From NCBI GenBank assembly GCA_001785445.1, contig MFTV01000016.1, positions 6,259-70,258 on the forward strand: a DNA stretch of 64,000 nucleotides, given 5' to 3'. Of the stretch, positions 38,581 to 47,641 are shown one piece after another. Both the position numbers and the translations under genes were made by a program. The stretch is from Candidatus Nomurabacteria bacterium RIFCSPHIGHO2_02_40_30 (GTDB lineage: Bacteria > Patescibacteriota > Minisyncoccia > Phycocordibacterales > UBA9973). The notes under the pieces were generated by a model. It had not been told where the DNA came from and made no database searches. It saw only the letters and a list, made by a program, of their open reading frames with translations. Numbering within the stretch: the stretch's first letter is position 1; the number at the start of each line of letters is the position of its first letter.

Positions 38581-38653
38581 AAAAAAAGCGCTTTACGCGC
38601 TAAGAATAATATACATTATTAGATGTTTTTTTGCAAATTACTTATAAAAATTT

Positions 38654-38911
38654 TTAAGGTGATTTTTGTTTTAGTTGTTTTTCAAGATTATATATTTCGT
38701 CGTCAACTTCATCCATTTGTTTATTTAACAAATCCAACCCTTCTTGATACGCTTGAACCAAATCCCCATGACCAGGGAATGGTACTCTGTCTTGTGCTTC
38801 TTGCATTGACTCCCTTCTTTGTCTCATTGAATCAAATTTCCTTCTTAAACCTTCTAACTTCAGACTAATTTCATTAGTTCCTTTATTTACCTGTGGCCCT
38901 TCCATTCCCAT
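38654..38911 (-). CDS. Hypothetical coiled-coil protein
   Basis: 85 aa, charged and helical. Part of the insertion between fusA and rpsG. Confidence 0.4.
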   Translation of the reverse strand: MGMEGPQVNKGTNEISLKLEGLRRKFDSMRQRRESMQEAQDRVPFPGHGDLVQAYQEGLDLLNKQMDEVDDEIYNLEKQLKQKSP

Positions 38912-38989
38912 AAATTTTTAAGTCAAATTAAAAAAGCTTTAATAATACCTAAAGTATACGCCCACCATGTAGCAAGTCAAGAAAGAATC

Positions 38990-39028
38990 TAGTGAATTGC
39001 TAGAATTACATATATGCGCGATAGCGTA
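38990..39028. repeat. CATATGCG-family repeat P4 (TAGTGAATTGCTAG...ATATGCGCGATAGCG)
   Basis: Left half matches P2 (TAGTGAATTCTAG). ATATGCGC-ATAGC is repeated at 39444-39460. Confidence 0.6.
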
Positions 39029-39041
39029 AATGTGTAAATAC

Positions 39042-39446
39042 TTAAATATTCCCCTCTTTTCCTGTATACGATTTCGCTAGCTTAAAAGTTTTCAGGTGAG
39101 CTTTGAGTCCAATAGCTTTTACATAATCCAAAAAATCTTTTGGCAGTGGCGATGGTCCTACCCACACACTTCTTTGAATCATTTCGTAATTAAATTTCTG
39201 CAAGTGTCGACGAAACCAGTCTCTTTCTTTTTTCTTATCATCTGTAATGTCATACATTACTATCAGATTTTTAGGTGCATCTTTAGTAAAATGACAAGAA
39301 AATGCTAGGTGATAAAATTTCCTTTTGCGATCTTTCTTCTTTGCCCGACTCTCATCAAGCCAAATAGGTAAACCAAAAGCGTTAACTTTGACTCCTTTGT
39401 AGTTAAAAGTTCTTCCCATGGGTAAATTATACCTCCGACTACACAT
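39042..39446 (-). CDS. PaaX-like/Cas2-like small protein, paralog of 19088-19621
   Basis: 134 aa. LIVMYDITDDKKKERDWFRRHLQKFNYEMIQRSVWVGPSP aligns with WSLVMYDLPIRFKKARDAFRWKLKDLGFFKFQKSAWIYPYP. Confidence 0.5.
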   Translation of the reverse strand: MCSRRYNLPMGRTFNYKGVKVNAFGLPIWLDESRAKKKDRKRKFYHLAFSCHFTKDAPKNLIVMYDITDDKKKERDWFRRHLQKFNYEMIQRSVWVGPSPLPKDFLDYVKAIGLKAHLKTFKLAKSYTGKEGNI

Positions 39447-39460
39447 ATGCGCTATAGCAG
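39444..39460. repeat. CATATGCG-family repeat P5 (CATATGCGCTATAGCAG), includes the start codon of 39042-39446
   Basis: Direct repeat of the core of P4. Confidence 0.6.
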
Positions 39461-39494
39461 ATATATGTATAATTATTTTTGAGTTCTAAAAACT

Positions 39495-39755
39495 CTAAAA
39501 CTGTAGCGATGTAACTGCACATGCACACAAAGCTAAAATCAAGGAGAGTATCAAAAACTTTGTACGATGGCTACCTATAAATGCAGATCGGTTTCCAAAC
39601 CAAGTTTTTGGTAAAAGCCAGATGATTAAAAAAGCCAAAGAAAAAAACCACAATATTAATACAGCTTGAAAATACGCTACGCAGAGATAGTTCTCTGGGT
39701 TATCACACGAATTGTTGAGACCGAAAATCATAATTATATTATAACAATAATACAA
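39495..39755 (-). CDS. Hypothetical small membrane protein
   Basis: 86 aa, two hydrophobic helices. Confidence 0.35.
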   Translation of the reverse strand: MYYCYNIIMIFGLNNSCDNPENYLCVAYFQAVLILWFFSLAFLIIWLLPKTWFGNRSAFIGSHRTKFLILSLILALCACAVTSLQF

Positions 39756-39760
39756 CAGAC

Positions 39761-40231
39761 CTACCAGGCAAAATGCGCAAAAGCTTTGTTAGCTTCAGCC
39801 ATTTTGTGAGTGTCTTCTTTCTTTTTAATAGCCGAGCCTTCGTTCTTCGATGCAGCAATTAATTCATCCGCTAATTTTAAATGCATTGGTTTGCCTTTAC
39901 CACCACGGGCTGCGTCACGAATCCACCGCATAGCGAGCGCTAGGCGGCGTTCTGGTCGCACTTCTATGGGCACTTGGTAGTTCGCACCTCCTATGCGCTT
40001 AGAGCGCACTTCCGTAGAAGGACCAGCATTTTTCATTGCGAGGTCAAAAATCTCAAGTGGATTGGGATTGCCTGTTTTTTCTTTTATTACATCAAAGGCC
40101 GCGTACATAACTTTTCTGGAAGTTTCTTTCTTGCCGGACCACATGATGTAATTTATAAATTTCTCCAACTTTTGAGAGTTGTAGATAAAGTCAGGCTGGA
40201 CTATATTTCTATTTTTTACTTTACGTCTCAT
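39761..40231 (-). CDS. rpsG: 30S ribosomal protein S7
   Basis: 156 aa, canonical S7. Confidence 0.95.
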   Translation of the reverse strand: MRRKVKNRNIVQPDFIYNSQKLEKFINYIMWSGKKETSRKVMYAAFDVIKEKTGNPNPLEIFDLAMKNAGPSTEVRSKRIGGANYQVPIEVRPERRLALAMRWIRDAARGGKGKPMHLKLADELIAASKNEGSAIKKKEDTHKMAEANKAFAHFAW

Positions 40232-40237
40232 AAATAA

Positions 40238-40654
40238 TTATTTGGCTTTAGGTTTCTTATTTCCATAAAGTGAACGACTTTGTCTCCTCTTTTCCACTCC
40301 TTGGGTATCGAGTACTCCACGCACGATATGATATCTCACTCCAATCAAGTCCTTCACACGCCCTCCACGAAGCATCACCACTGAGTGTTCTTGCAGATTG
40401 TGTCCTTCCCCAGGAATATATGCAGTAACTTCCATTCCATTAGTCAGACGAACACGGGCAATCTTTCGGAGAGCAGAGTTTGGCTTCTTTGGAGTGGTAG
40501 TTGAAACTTTCGTACAAACACCACGCTTGAAAGGCGCAGGGAAATAGACCGGTCGATTTTTCAAGACATTGAATCCTTTCGCCAGAGCTACGGTCTTGTG
40601 CTTGGAGCGGACTTTAACTCTATTTTTCTTAATTAATTGGTTGATTGTTGGCAT
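40238..40654 (-). CDS. rpsL: 30S ribosomal protein S12
   Basis: [10 protein letters not shown]..., 138 aa. Confidence 0.95.
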   Translation of the reverse strand: MPTINQLIKKNRVKVRSKHKTVALAKGFNVLKNRPVYFPAPFKRGVCTKVSTTTPKKPNSALRKIARVRLTNGMEVTAYIPGEGHNLQEHSVVMLRGGRVKDLIGVRYHIVRGVLDTQGVEKRRQSRSLYGNKKPKAK

Positions 40655-40729
40655 AAAATTTGCAAAAAAGACTATAGAGAAACAAAATAGCCCACATGGG
40701 ACTATGCGAGTAATATACTATGAAATAGT

Positions 40730-41356
40730 CTAGAGCGCAAGACCAGTTAAGAGGTGAAATAGATAAGCTAGGATTGGGTACAAATAATCAGAAAAGAAAA
40801 CGATGAAAATTAGCAGTAAAATCAGTGACTGTTGTTCGTAAGCCAGAATGAAGTTAAAAGCTGATTCTGGAAGAAAAGAAAAGAGTATTTTCGAGCCATC
40901 AAGAGGCGGAATTGGAACTAGGTTAAATACCCCTAAAGCTAGATTCACAATAACAATTGTAGAAGTTATGAAGTAAAAACTCTCTGGCAAGGCATACTGC
41001 ATAAGAAAAGTAAGGCGAATAATAATACCGAAGATAACTGCAATAGAAAAATTTGCCAAAACTCCCGCGCAGGCCACAGCCATAGTTCCCCATCTTCTAT
41101 TGCTTAAATTGTTCGGATTGTATGGCACCGGTTTTGCCCAGCCGAAAAGAAATGGGGAGTGAGAAATTATCAAAACCACCGGTAAAATTATTGAGCCGAA
41201 TAAATCCAAATGTTTCAAAGGATTTAAAGTGAGCCGTCCGGCATAGCGGGCAGTCTTGTCGCCAAAATATTCTGCCATAAAGCCATGCGAGACTTCGTGT
41301 ATCACCACAGACATAATAAGTATGACTATATAAAATAGGCCGTTGGTTGCATCCAT
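40730..41356 (-). CDS. Site-2 protease family (M50) membrane metalloprotease
   Basis: HEVSHG HExxH in TM1. Start trimmed so it does not overlap rpmB. Confidence 0.7.
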   Translation of the reverse strand: MDATNGLFYIVILIMSVVIHEVSHGFMAEYFGDKTARYAGRLTLNPLKHLDLFGSIILPVVLIISHSPFLFGWAKPVPYNPNNLSNRRWGTMAVACAGVLANFSIAVIFGIIIRLTFLMQYALPESFYFITSTIVIVNLALGVFNLVPIPPLDGSKILFSFLPESAFNFILAYEQQSLILLLIFIVFFSDYLYPILAYLFHLLTGLAL

Positions 41357-41387
41357 GTAATTTCTATGATAGCATGTGGGAACTATT

Positions 41388-41636
41388 ATGAAAACTTGCG
41401 TCATAACCAAAAAGAGCTCAATCGTCGGGGGCGGATATTCTAACAGAACCCGTGCCACTCAATTCAACCCGACTGGCAAAAAGCGAAAATACTTAAATCT
41501 TCAAAAGAAGAAGATTTTTATTCCGGAACTCAACAAATCCATGAGAATCAAAGTTTCCGTGCAGGGCATGCGCACCATGAAAAAAAATGGCGCCTACGCC
41601 ACTCTCCTCAAAGCCGGATTAATACAAGCGAAGTAG
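41388..41636 (+). CDS. rpmB: 50S ribosomal protein L28
   Basis: MKTCVITKKSSIVGGGYSNRTRATQ...VSVQGMRTMKKNG. The 3' end lies in a 26-bp sequence duplicated at 42264-42289. Confidence 0.8.
   Translation: MKTCVITKKSSIVGGGYSNRTRATQFNPTGKKRKYLNLQKKKIFIPELNKSMRIKVSVQGMRTMKKNGAYATLLKAGLIQAK
41593..41618. repeat. 26-bp direct repeat, copy 1 (CCTACGCCACTCTCCTCAAAGCCGGA), inside the rpmB 3' end
   Basis: Identical to 42264-42289. Confidence 0.9.
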
Positions 41637-41730
41637 GCTTGCATCGATTTTTACTACATGGTATATTATAAGTGTACCTGTGGGCGCAAGCCCCTTATCG
41701 GCTAAGGATTTTCCAAAGCTGAAGACAGGT

Positions 41731-41762
41731 ATATAAAAGAAACCAAGCCCACGCTTGGTCTT
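41731..41762. terminator. Bidirectional rho-independent terminator (ACCAAGC-ccacg-GCTTGGT with T-runs on both sides)
   Basis: Hairpin followed by CTTTTTTATTTT on plus and TTCTTTT on minus. Confidence 0.6.
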
Positions 41763-41769
41763 TTTTATT

Positions 41770-42264
41770 TTAGTCTTCGTCTATTCCAGAAATATAAAGT
41801 CTTTGATCATAAGGCATTACACTCCAAAATATTATATGGCCGTCACCTACTTGTTTTATGATAATTTTTATTTTATGTTTTTTGTCACTCAAGATGGCGT
41901 GAAAACCCCAATATTGAACTTGCTTCATTTTATAAAAACCACTCTGTTGCGGTTTGCCATACTTTTCTATTTGTATCCTATATTCTTGAAGAGTTCCACA
42001 TTTAGGAATTATTTCTACTGCTTTTTTTATAAGTATAAGCTTTAGTGTCTGTTCTTTTATATTTCTTGGAACACGATTAGGCTTATATTGAAGATGGTTG
42101 AACCCATCTGAATTTAGAATTATCTTAGCTTGAAAATATGGACAATAAATTTCTTTGTTGGTTTCGTAAATTAATTTTGCTTTTTCGTGAACACTCTTAA
42201 AATCTTTCATAGCAAAAAGTATAACATAAAAAATGAGAACTAAAAAAAATGAGGAAAAAGACAC
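41770..42264 (-). CDS. Hypothetical protein (164 aa, N-terminal TM anchor), cargo of the rpmB-3' insertion
   Basis: GTG start per ORF track. No recognised family. Confidence 0.45.
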   Translation of the reverse strand: MSFSSFFLVLIFYVILFAMKDFKSVHEKAKLIYETNKEIYCPYFQAKIILNSDGFNHLQYKPNRVPRNIKEQTLKLILIKKAVEIIPKCGTLQEYRIQIEKYGKPQQSGFYKMKQVQYWGFHAILSDKKHKIKIIIKQVGDGHIIFWSVMPYDQRLYISGIDED

Positions 42265-42289
42265 CTACGCCACTCTCCTCAAAGCCGGA
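42264..42289. repeat. 26-bp direct repeat, copy 2
   Basis: Would give an alternative L28 C-terminus ...KAGLV-stop if joined to the rpmB body. Confidence 0.9.
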
Positions 42290-42308
42290 CTGGTTTAAAA
42301 CCAGTAAA

Positions 42309-43631
42309 CTATTTTACGTTAATTGTTTCTATAATTTTCTCTATCTCTTTTTCATAACTTTCGTAATCTGGGTATGTTGCCTCTACTCTCAAAATACTAA
42401 TATTATTTGCTACAGTTTCGTAATGAACAGATTCGTTTGATTCTTTTTTTTCTTTCCGTTTATAAAATTCGTATTTACCAATTTTGATTAATTGTGTATT
42501 TGGGGGACGATTTTTTACTACGGCTTCAATAGAACTACTATCATTAAACTTGGTCAACGAGATGACTGCCTGAAATGGATCCTGAATAAGATATAGACTC
42601 ATGGATACTTCGTCCCTAGCCTGCTCATAAAGCTTATAAACTGAAGAATAATTAAATGAAACAAAATAGCTATCAAAAAATTTTACAGAACTGGCATCTT
42701 GTTGAATAAAACCAGTTTTTGGATCAACTATATAACGTCTATGATTTTTTATACTCATCAAACACTGTTCTTCCGTATGCGAAATAAGTTGATTTGTTTC
42801 ACAGAAATTTGGATCTATATATTTCCAATACCTTGAAGAATCCATAGAAAATAGTTCAGTCTCTGTAATTGGAACACTTTTGTCAATTTGGTTATACACT
42901 TTCAATTTACAGAGTTTATTAAATTCTTCACCCGGCTTAACTGAAGCAATCATTCTATTACTAAAATCTGGACCTTCTAAATACTTAATACCAACTAATT
43001 TATATAGAACGTTCAATTTTTTCTTAGTAACCAAAAAACTATCATGAAACTCAAAGAGTATTACACCAGTATTTTTTAAATATTTTTCACCACTCTTATT
43101 ATCAAATTCTTCTTTCAAAATATCTGGGTCGGTTGAAATTCCCAAAGTCGTACTTTTGAGAATTTCTTTGTTGCCATAAACTGGAATGGTGATTTGCTTG
43201 CCATCAGAAGTACTAAGTATACGATTACTATCATTACTATCTTGTGTATAACCTAAATTATATTCACATAATTTCTGTTCACCTATTCCGCCAAGGATTG
43301 CTAAAATAAGTATAATAATTAAAGAAACAACAAATTTATATCTTATGTTAAGTTTATCGACGATATAATAAAGAATTCCAGAAAGTTTATAAAATAAGAC
43401 TAACATTAAAATAACCCCAGGGATAATAGTGATGGGGTTAGGTAAACCGGGAAAGTAACCACCAGTTAAAAAAAGCTCTGGAAGAAAGTAAAACGGAAAC
43501 CAAAAAATATGCAAGAGAAAATCCAACGAAGGATTCCAGAAATATATTGACCACGGGGAAAAATAATAAAAAGTAAGAAATATTGGCAAAACTGATAGGA
43601 AAAATATTCCTTTAGTTTTTATCTTGTCCAT
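42309..43631 (-). CDS. Hypothetical membrane protein (4 N-terminal TM, large extracytoplasmic domain)
   Basis: 440 aa, Lys/Asn/Tyr-rich. No recognisable domain. Confidence 0.55.
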   Translation of the reverse strand: MDKIKTKGIFFLSVLPIFLTFYYFSPWSIYFWNPSLDFLLHIFWFPFYFLPELFLTGGYFPGLPNPITIIPGVILMLVLFYKLSGILYYIVDKLNIRYKFVVSLIIILILAILGGIGEQKLCEYNLGYTQDSNDSNRILSTSDGKQITIPVYGNKEILKSTTLGISTDPDILKEEFDNKSGEKYLKNTGVILFEFHDSFLVTKKKLNVLYKLVGIKYLEGPDFSNRMIASVKPGEEFNKLCKLKVYNQIDKSVPITETELFSMDSSRYWKYIDPNFCETNQLISHTEEQCLMSIKNHRRYIVDPKTGFIQQDASSVKFFDSYFVSFNYSSVYKLYEQARDEVSMSLYLIQDPFQAVISLTKFNDSSSIEAVVKNRPPNTQLIKIGKYEFYKRKEKKESNESVHYETVANNISILRVEATYPDYESYEKEIEKIIETINVK

Positions 43632-43652
43632 GATTAGTATTTTATCATAGAT

Positions 43653-44954
43653 TTACGCTGGCACGAAGGTCAGGGCTGTGCCAGCTTTGCCGGAGCGGCC
43701 AGTGCGGCCGATGCGATGCACGTAGGTATCGTAGGTTTGTGGCACATCATAGTTTATGACATGAGTCACATCAGGAATGTCTAGCCCCCTAGCTGCCACA
43801 TCTGTCGCAATCAGTATATTTATTTTGTCCTGCTTGAAAGAGTCCAATATGCGGATGCGTTCTCGGCTTCTTTTATCACCATGAATGCCGCCCACTTTGA
43901 AGCCCATATGAGAAAGTTCTTTGGCTAGTGTATCTACGCTGTGTTTCATCTCACGGAAAATTAAAACTTTGTCCGAGCCGTCTTTTTTCAAAACTTCATG
44001 AAGTTTTTCTAATTTTTCTTCTTTACTTCTGGTACGAATCACATCTTGGTGGATGTTTTTTGCTGTTTCCCCAGAAATTACGGAAATAAACGCAGGATTT
44101 TTCAAATATTGTTCGGTTAACTTTTTAATTTCCGGAGAAAGTGTAGCAGAGAAGAAAAGTGTCTGCCTTTCTTTATTGGTTTTGCCGATTATGTAAATCA
44201 TGTCGTCACGAAAGCCCATGTCGAGCATACGGTCAGCCTCGTCTAGCACCACGCTGTGGCATGTCGAGAGGTCGAGAATTTTTTTCTCTATTAGGTCGCG
44301 AAGTCTTCCTGGAGTTCCGATGACGAAAGACACACCAAGTTTTATTTCACGGATTTGCTTCATAATAGGCAGACCTCCTACGCATGCTACAGAAAACATC
44401 CCGAACCCGAATGCAAGATTTTTAAAATCAGATTCTATCTGCAGTGCCAGCTCGCGAGTCGGCGCCATGATAAGAATCATTTCTCTTTTATTCTGTCCTC
44501 TGGTCTTTGCAACTTTCTCAATCAACGGTAAAAGAAATGCTGCAGTCTTGCCGGTACCGGTATTGGCCATACCGAAAACATCCCTGCCCTCGAGTATTGT
44601 AGGAATGGATTGGTCTTGAATCGGACGTGGATGAACATAGCCTGCTTTCGAAATATTTTTATGTAGTTGAGCATTAAAAGGAAAATTAGCAAAAGTATGT
44701 TTCGACACATAAGGCTTTTCTTCTACATGAGTTCCCTTCTTTATGAAACGAGAAAAATCTATTCTCTCTCCACGAGAACGCTTGTTACTACTTGGTCGTC
44801 TATTTCCGCCACTCTTAAAACCACCACTTTTGAAAGTAGGCCTAGAAGTATTGCTGTATATTCTTTTTGTTCCTCCACCAAAACTAGGTTTAGTTTTAAA
44901 AGCAGAAGTGTGATTGCCGAATTTCTTCGGAGAAGCCGAATGAGTTTTGTACAT
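43653..44954 (-). CDS. DEAD-box ATP-dependent RNA helicase
   Basis: Q motif, GTGKTAAF, VLDEADRMLDMGF, HRIGRTGR. Gly/Ser/Arg-rich N-terminal tail. Confidence 0.9.
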   Translation of the reverse strand: MYKTHSASPKKFGNHTSAFKTKPSFGGGTKRIYSNTSRPTFKSGGFKSGGNRRPSSNKRSRGERIDFSRFIKKGTHVEEKPYVSKHTFANFPFNAQLHKNISKAGYVHPRPIQDQSIPTILEGRDVFGMANTGTGKTAAFLLPLIEKVAKTRGQNKREMILIMAPTRELALQIESDFKNLAFGFGMFSVACVGGLPIMKQIREIKLGVSFVIGTPGRLRDLIEKKILDLSTCHSVVLDEADRMLDMGFRDDMIYIIGKTNKERQTLFFSATLSPEIKKLTEQYLKNPAFISVISGETAKNIHQDVIRTRSKEEKLEKLHEVLKKDGSDKVLIFREMKHSVDTLAKELSHMGFKVGGIHGDKRSRERIRILDSFKQDKINILIATDVAARGLDIPDVTHVINYDVPQTYDTYVHRIGRTGRSGKAGTALTFVPA

Positions 44955-45015
44955 AATGGGTCACTCCCAGTTATGTATTAGATGAGAATGATGTATAAAG
45001 TATAGCATTTTAACA

Positions 45016-45459
45016 CTATTTTGTCAACACTTCTAAAGTTTTCTTAATTATATCTTCTACAGAATTATAGTAATAAAATTGGAAATTTTTATGGTCAATT
45101 CCTCGAATAAGATTCGAGACGGTAGAGTCTTTATGAGCCACAGCTAAGACAGGTATTCCCATTTTCTCCACAGCTGTTGCTATTTCATAACCAAGACCAA
45201 GTGAGGCATGGTCACATATCGCAAGGAGGTAATCGGCTTTCATCACGGAATTCTTAATGTCGTGGTCATAGACCATTTTAGGCATGGCTGTAGACGGACC
45301 GGTAATTCCCAGAAATTCCATGACCTCAAAATGTTCTCCGAGCTCTTTTCTTATTTGCGTAATCATTTTCAAAAAATTATCTTTTTGATCCAATGGAAGT
45401 TTGGTGAGCGCGCAACCGATATATAATTTCCTCTTAAGATTATTTGCCATATTATTCAA
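45016..45459 (-). CDS. Nucleoside 2-deoxyribosyltransferase-like (Ndt/Rcl/LOG-fold) protein
   Basis: KLYIGCAL...DYLLAICD...GLGYEIATA...GIPVLAV resembles the Ndt-family catalytic Glu region. Confidence 0.45.
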   Translation of the reverse strand: MNNMANNLKRKLYIGCALTKLPLDQKDNFLKMITQIRKELGEHFEVMEFLGITGPSTAMPKMVYDHDIKNSVMKADYLLAICDHASLGLGYEIATAVEKMGIPVLAVAHKDSTVSNLIRGIDHKNFQFYYYNSVEDIIKKTLEVLTK

Positions 45460-45460
45460 A

Positions 45461-45952
45461 TTAACGGCCTATTATATTGTCTGGGTCTTTTTTATTAAAA
45501 AGAATTTCACTGTCTTCAAGTAAATACACATCTTTGATGCCGGCAGAAATAATATTATCCCAGCAACTCTTGCAACACCACCAATGTCCCCACATGTATA
45601 AGTCTGCCTCTTTTAGATCATGGCCTTGGTCTTTGGCATTTTTAATTGCGCGACTCTCGCCATGATTTTTCGGATGGCAGCCCTCGCAGAGTTCATAGCC
45701 CTCTCCTGTGGGAATATTTCGTTTTACACGCTCACAAATATGAGTTTGATGATATGTACTGCCGTTAGCCCCACGGCCTATGATAACTCCATCTTTAACA
45801 ATCACACTTGTGTTAGGCATTTCTTTATCAAGAGAATTTACTCGGGCATATTCCTTTGCTTCTGCCATAAATTGATTGGAAATTGGCATATATAAAATAG
45901 TTCGTCCTTCGGGTATATATGGAGCTGTGTATTTAGAGTTTTTTGTTTCCAT
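45461..45952 (-). CDS. CDA-fold (cytidine/deoxycytidylate-type) zinc deaminase, divergent
   Basis: VIVKDGVIIGRGANGS, HGE and CCKSC zinc motifs. Confidence 0.65.
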   Translation of the reverse strand: METKNSKYTAPYIPEGRTILYMPISNQFMAEAKEYARVNSLDKEMPNTSVIVKDGVIIGRGANGSTYHQTHICERVKRNIPTGEGYELCEGCHPKNHGESRAIKNAKDQGHDLKEADLYMWGHWWCCKSCWDNIISAGIKDVYLLEDSEILFNKKDPDNIIGR

Positions 45953-45977
45953 AAAGTTATATTGTATACTCTACTAT

Positions 45978-46811
45978 ATGACATCTTTCGACACAATCTA
46001 TCAAAATATCATCAAGAGAATCATGGAAGAAGGAGAGGAAGAACTCAATGAACGCACAGGTCACAAGACAAAAGCTTTGGCTGGGACAACCTTTTCTATT
46101 GATATTGAGAAAGATGGTTTCCCTGTATTAACCCTTCGTAAGCAACCATTAAAGTCCCCTATTGCTGAACAGGTCTGGTTTATACAAGGAGAAAAAGATG
46201 CCACATTTTTGCGAAAATTTACCAAAATATGGGATGCGTTTTTAGAAACAGACGGCACTCTCTCTTCGGCTTACGGTTGGCGTTGGCGAAATCATTTCGG
46301 AAGGGACCAACTCGGCAAAGCAATTGAGCTTTTGGAAAAAGAACCAAGTTCCCGACATGGAGTAATTGTGACTTGGGATCCAAGTGATGACGGTCATGGA
46401 GGAACTCCTAAGAAAAATGTTCCTTGCCCCTACACCTATACCATAAATATTATTGGGGGTAGGCTCAACATGCACAACATAGTTCGCTCCAATGATATGA
46501 TACTTGGTTGTCCATTTGATGTATTCGGTTTTGCCCTTTTGCAATGCATGATTGCAGAGAGGCTTGGCGTCCGCCCCGGAGTATATACTCATTCAATATC
46601 TAACGCTCATGTGTATGACAACCACTACGAGGGAGCCAAAGAAATTATTGGAAGAACGAATGACCATCAAAAAATAGAGCTGCATTTACCAAAAGATGCA
46701 TTTCGCCGAGCCGAACAAAAAGACGAAAATCTAGTCGGAGAAATTCTAGCAGATTTACAAGCTCAATATAACCCTCTTCCGCCTATCGGCGGGCTCGAAA
46801 TTGCTTTATGA
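45978..46811 (+). CDS. thyA: Thymidylate synthase ThyA
   Basis: Catalytic PCPYTY... with ThyA-wide conservation. Start taken at the MTSFDTIYQNII Met. Confidence 0.9.
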   Translation: MTSFDTIYQNIIKRIMEEGEEELNERTGHKTKALAGTTFSIDIEKDGFPVLTLRKQPLKSPIAEQVWFIQGEKDATFLRKFTKIWDAFLETDGTLSSAYGWRWRNHFGRDQLGKAIELLEKEPSSRHGVIVTWDPSDDGHGGTPKKNVPCPYTYTINIIGGRLNMHNIVRSNDMILGCPFDVFGFALLQCMIAERLGVRPGVYTHSISNAHVYDNHYEGAKEIIGRTNDHQKIELHLPKDAFRRAEQKDENLVGEILADLQAQYNPLPPIGGLEIAL

Positions 46812-47311
46812 ACAAAAAAATTATCTCGCTTATCGCGGCAATTGGTAAGAATAATGAATTGGGTAAAAACAATAATCTTGTCTGGAGTATGCCGACAGAT
46901 TTAAAATATTTTAGAGAAAAGACATCTGGTCATCCGGTAATCATGGGTAGGAAAACTTTTGAAGCCATCGGCCGACCAATGCCAAATAGAAAAAATATTG
47001 TTATTACTCGAGACAAAAGCTATCTACGCCATGGCGTAGATGTAGTAAATTCGTTGGAAGAAGCATTGAGTTTAGCGAAACTAGAAAAAAATGAAGAAAT
47101 ATTTATTATTGGTGGCGAAGAAATTTTCAAACAAGCCATGCCTATAGCAGAGAGGCTTTACATAACTCACATAGAAGCAGAAGACAAAGATGCTGACACC
47201 TTTTTCCCCGAAATTGTTCGGATAGTCTGGAACGAGGTCTCGCGCAAAGAACATCAGCCGGATGAAGACAATCCTTTTGCTTACACTTTTTCAGTCTACG
47301 AAAAAATTTAA
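46808..47311 (+). CDS. folA: Dihydrofolate reductase
   Basis: ISLIAAIGKNNELGKNNNLVW...GRKTFEAIGRP, 167 aa. 4-bp overlap with thyA. Confidence 0.9.
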   Translation: MNKKIISLIAAIGKNNELGKNNNLVWSMPTDLKYFREKTSGHPVIMGRKTFEAIGRPMPNRKNIVITRDKSYLRHGVDVVNSLEEALSLAKLEKNEEIFIIGGEEIFKQAMPIAERLYITHIEAEDKDADTFFPEIVRIVWNEVSRKEHQPDEDNPFAYTFSVYEKI

Positions 47312-47637
47312 GGATCCTTGCGAGTTCTAATCCGGAGAAAAATATCCTTGCCATCGGGAGACTTACTTTTTTTATATTTTCTGTTTTTGTTGATTTTAAT
47401 TTTTCGAATGAGTTCCTTTTCCAGATCGAAGCCCATAGTCTCGCACATTCCCAAAAGAAATATCGTTACATCCGCAAACTCTTCCGCTACGCCTTTTTCT
47501 CCCTTATTAAATTTGGAAAATGCTTCCGAAAGTTCTTCATGCGCTCGGCAAAATTCCAAAGCCGTATCGCTAAGATTAAAACCTTTTTCTATTTTATTGC
47601 GCATTACTTCTTTCTGAAGTTTTTTGAGATTTATCAT
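47308..47637 (-). CDS. MazG-like all-alpha NTP pyrophosphohydrolase
   Basis: HEELSEAFSKFNKGE...EEFADVTIFLLGMCE motifs. Confidence 0.65.
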   Translation of the reverse strand: MINLKKLQKEVMRNKIEKGFNLSDTALEFCRAHEELSEAFSKFNKGEKGVAEEFADVTIFLLGMCETMGFDLEKELIRKIKINKNRKYKKSKSPDGKDIFLRIRTRKDP

Positions 47638-47641
47638 AAAT

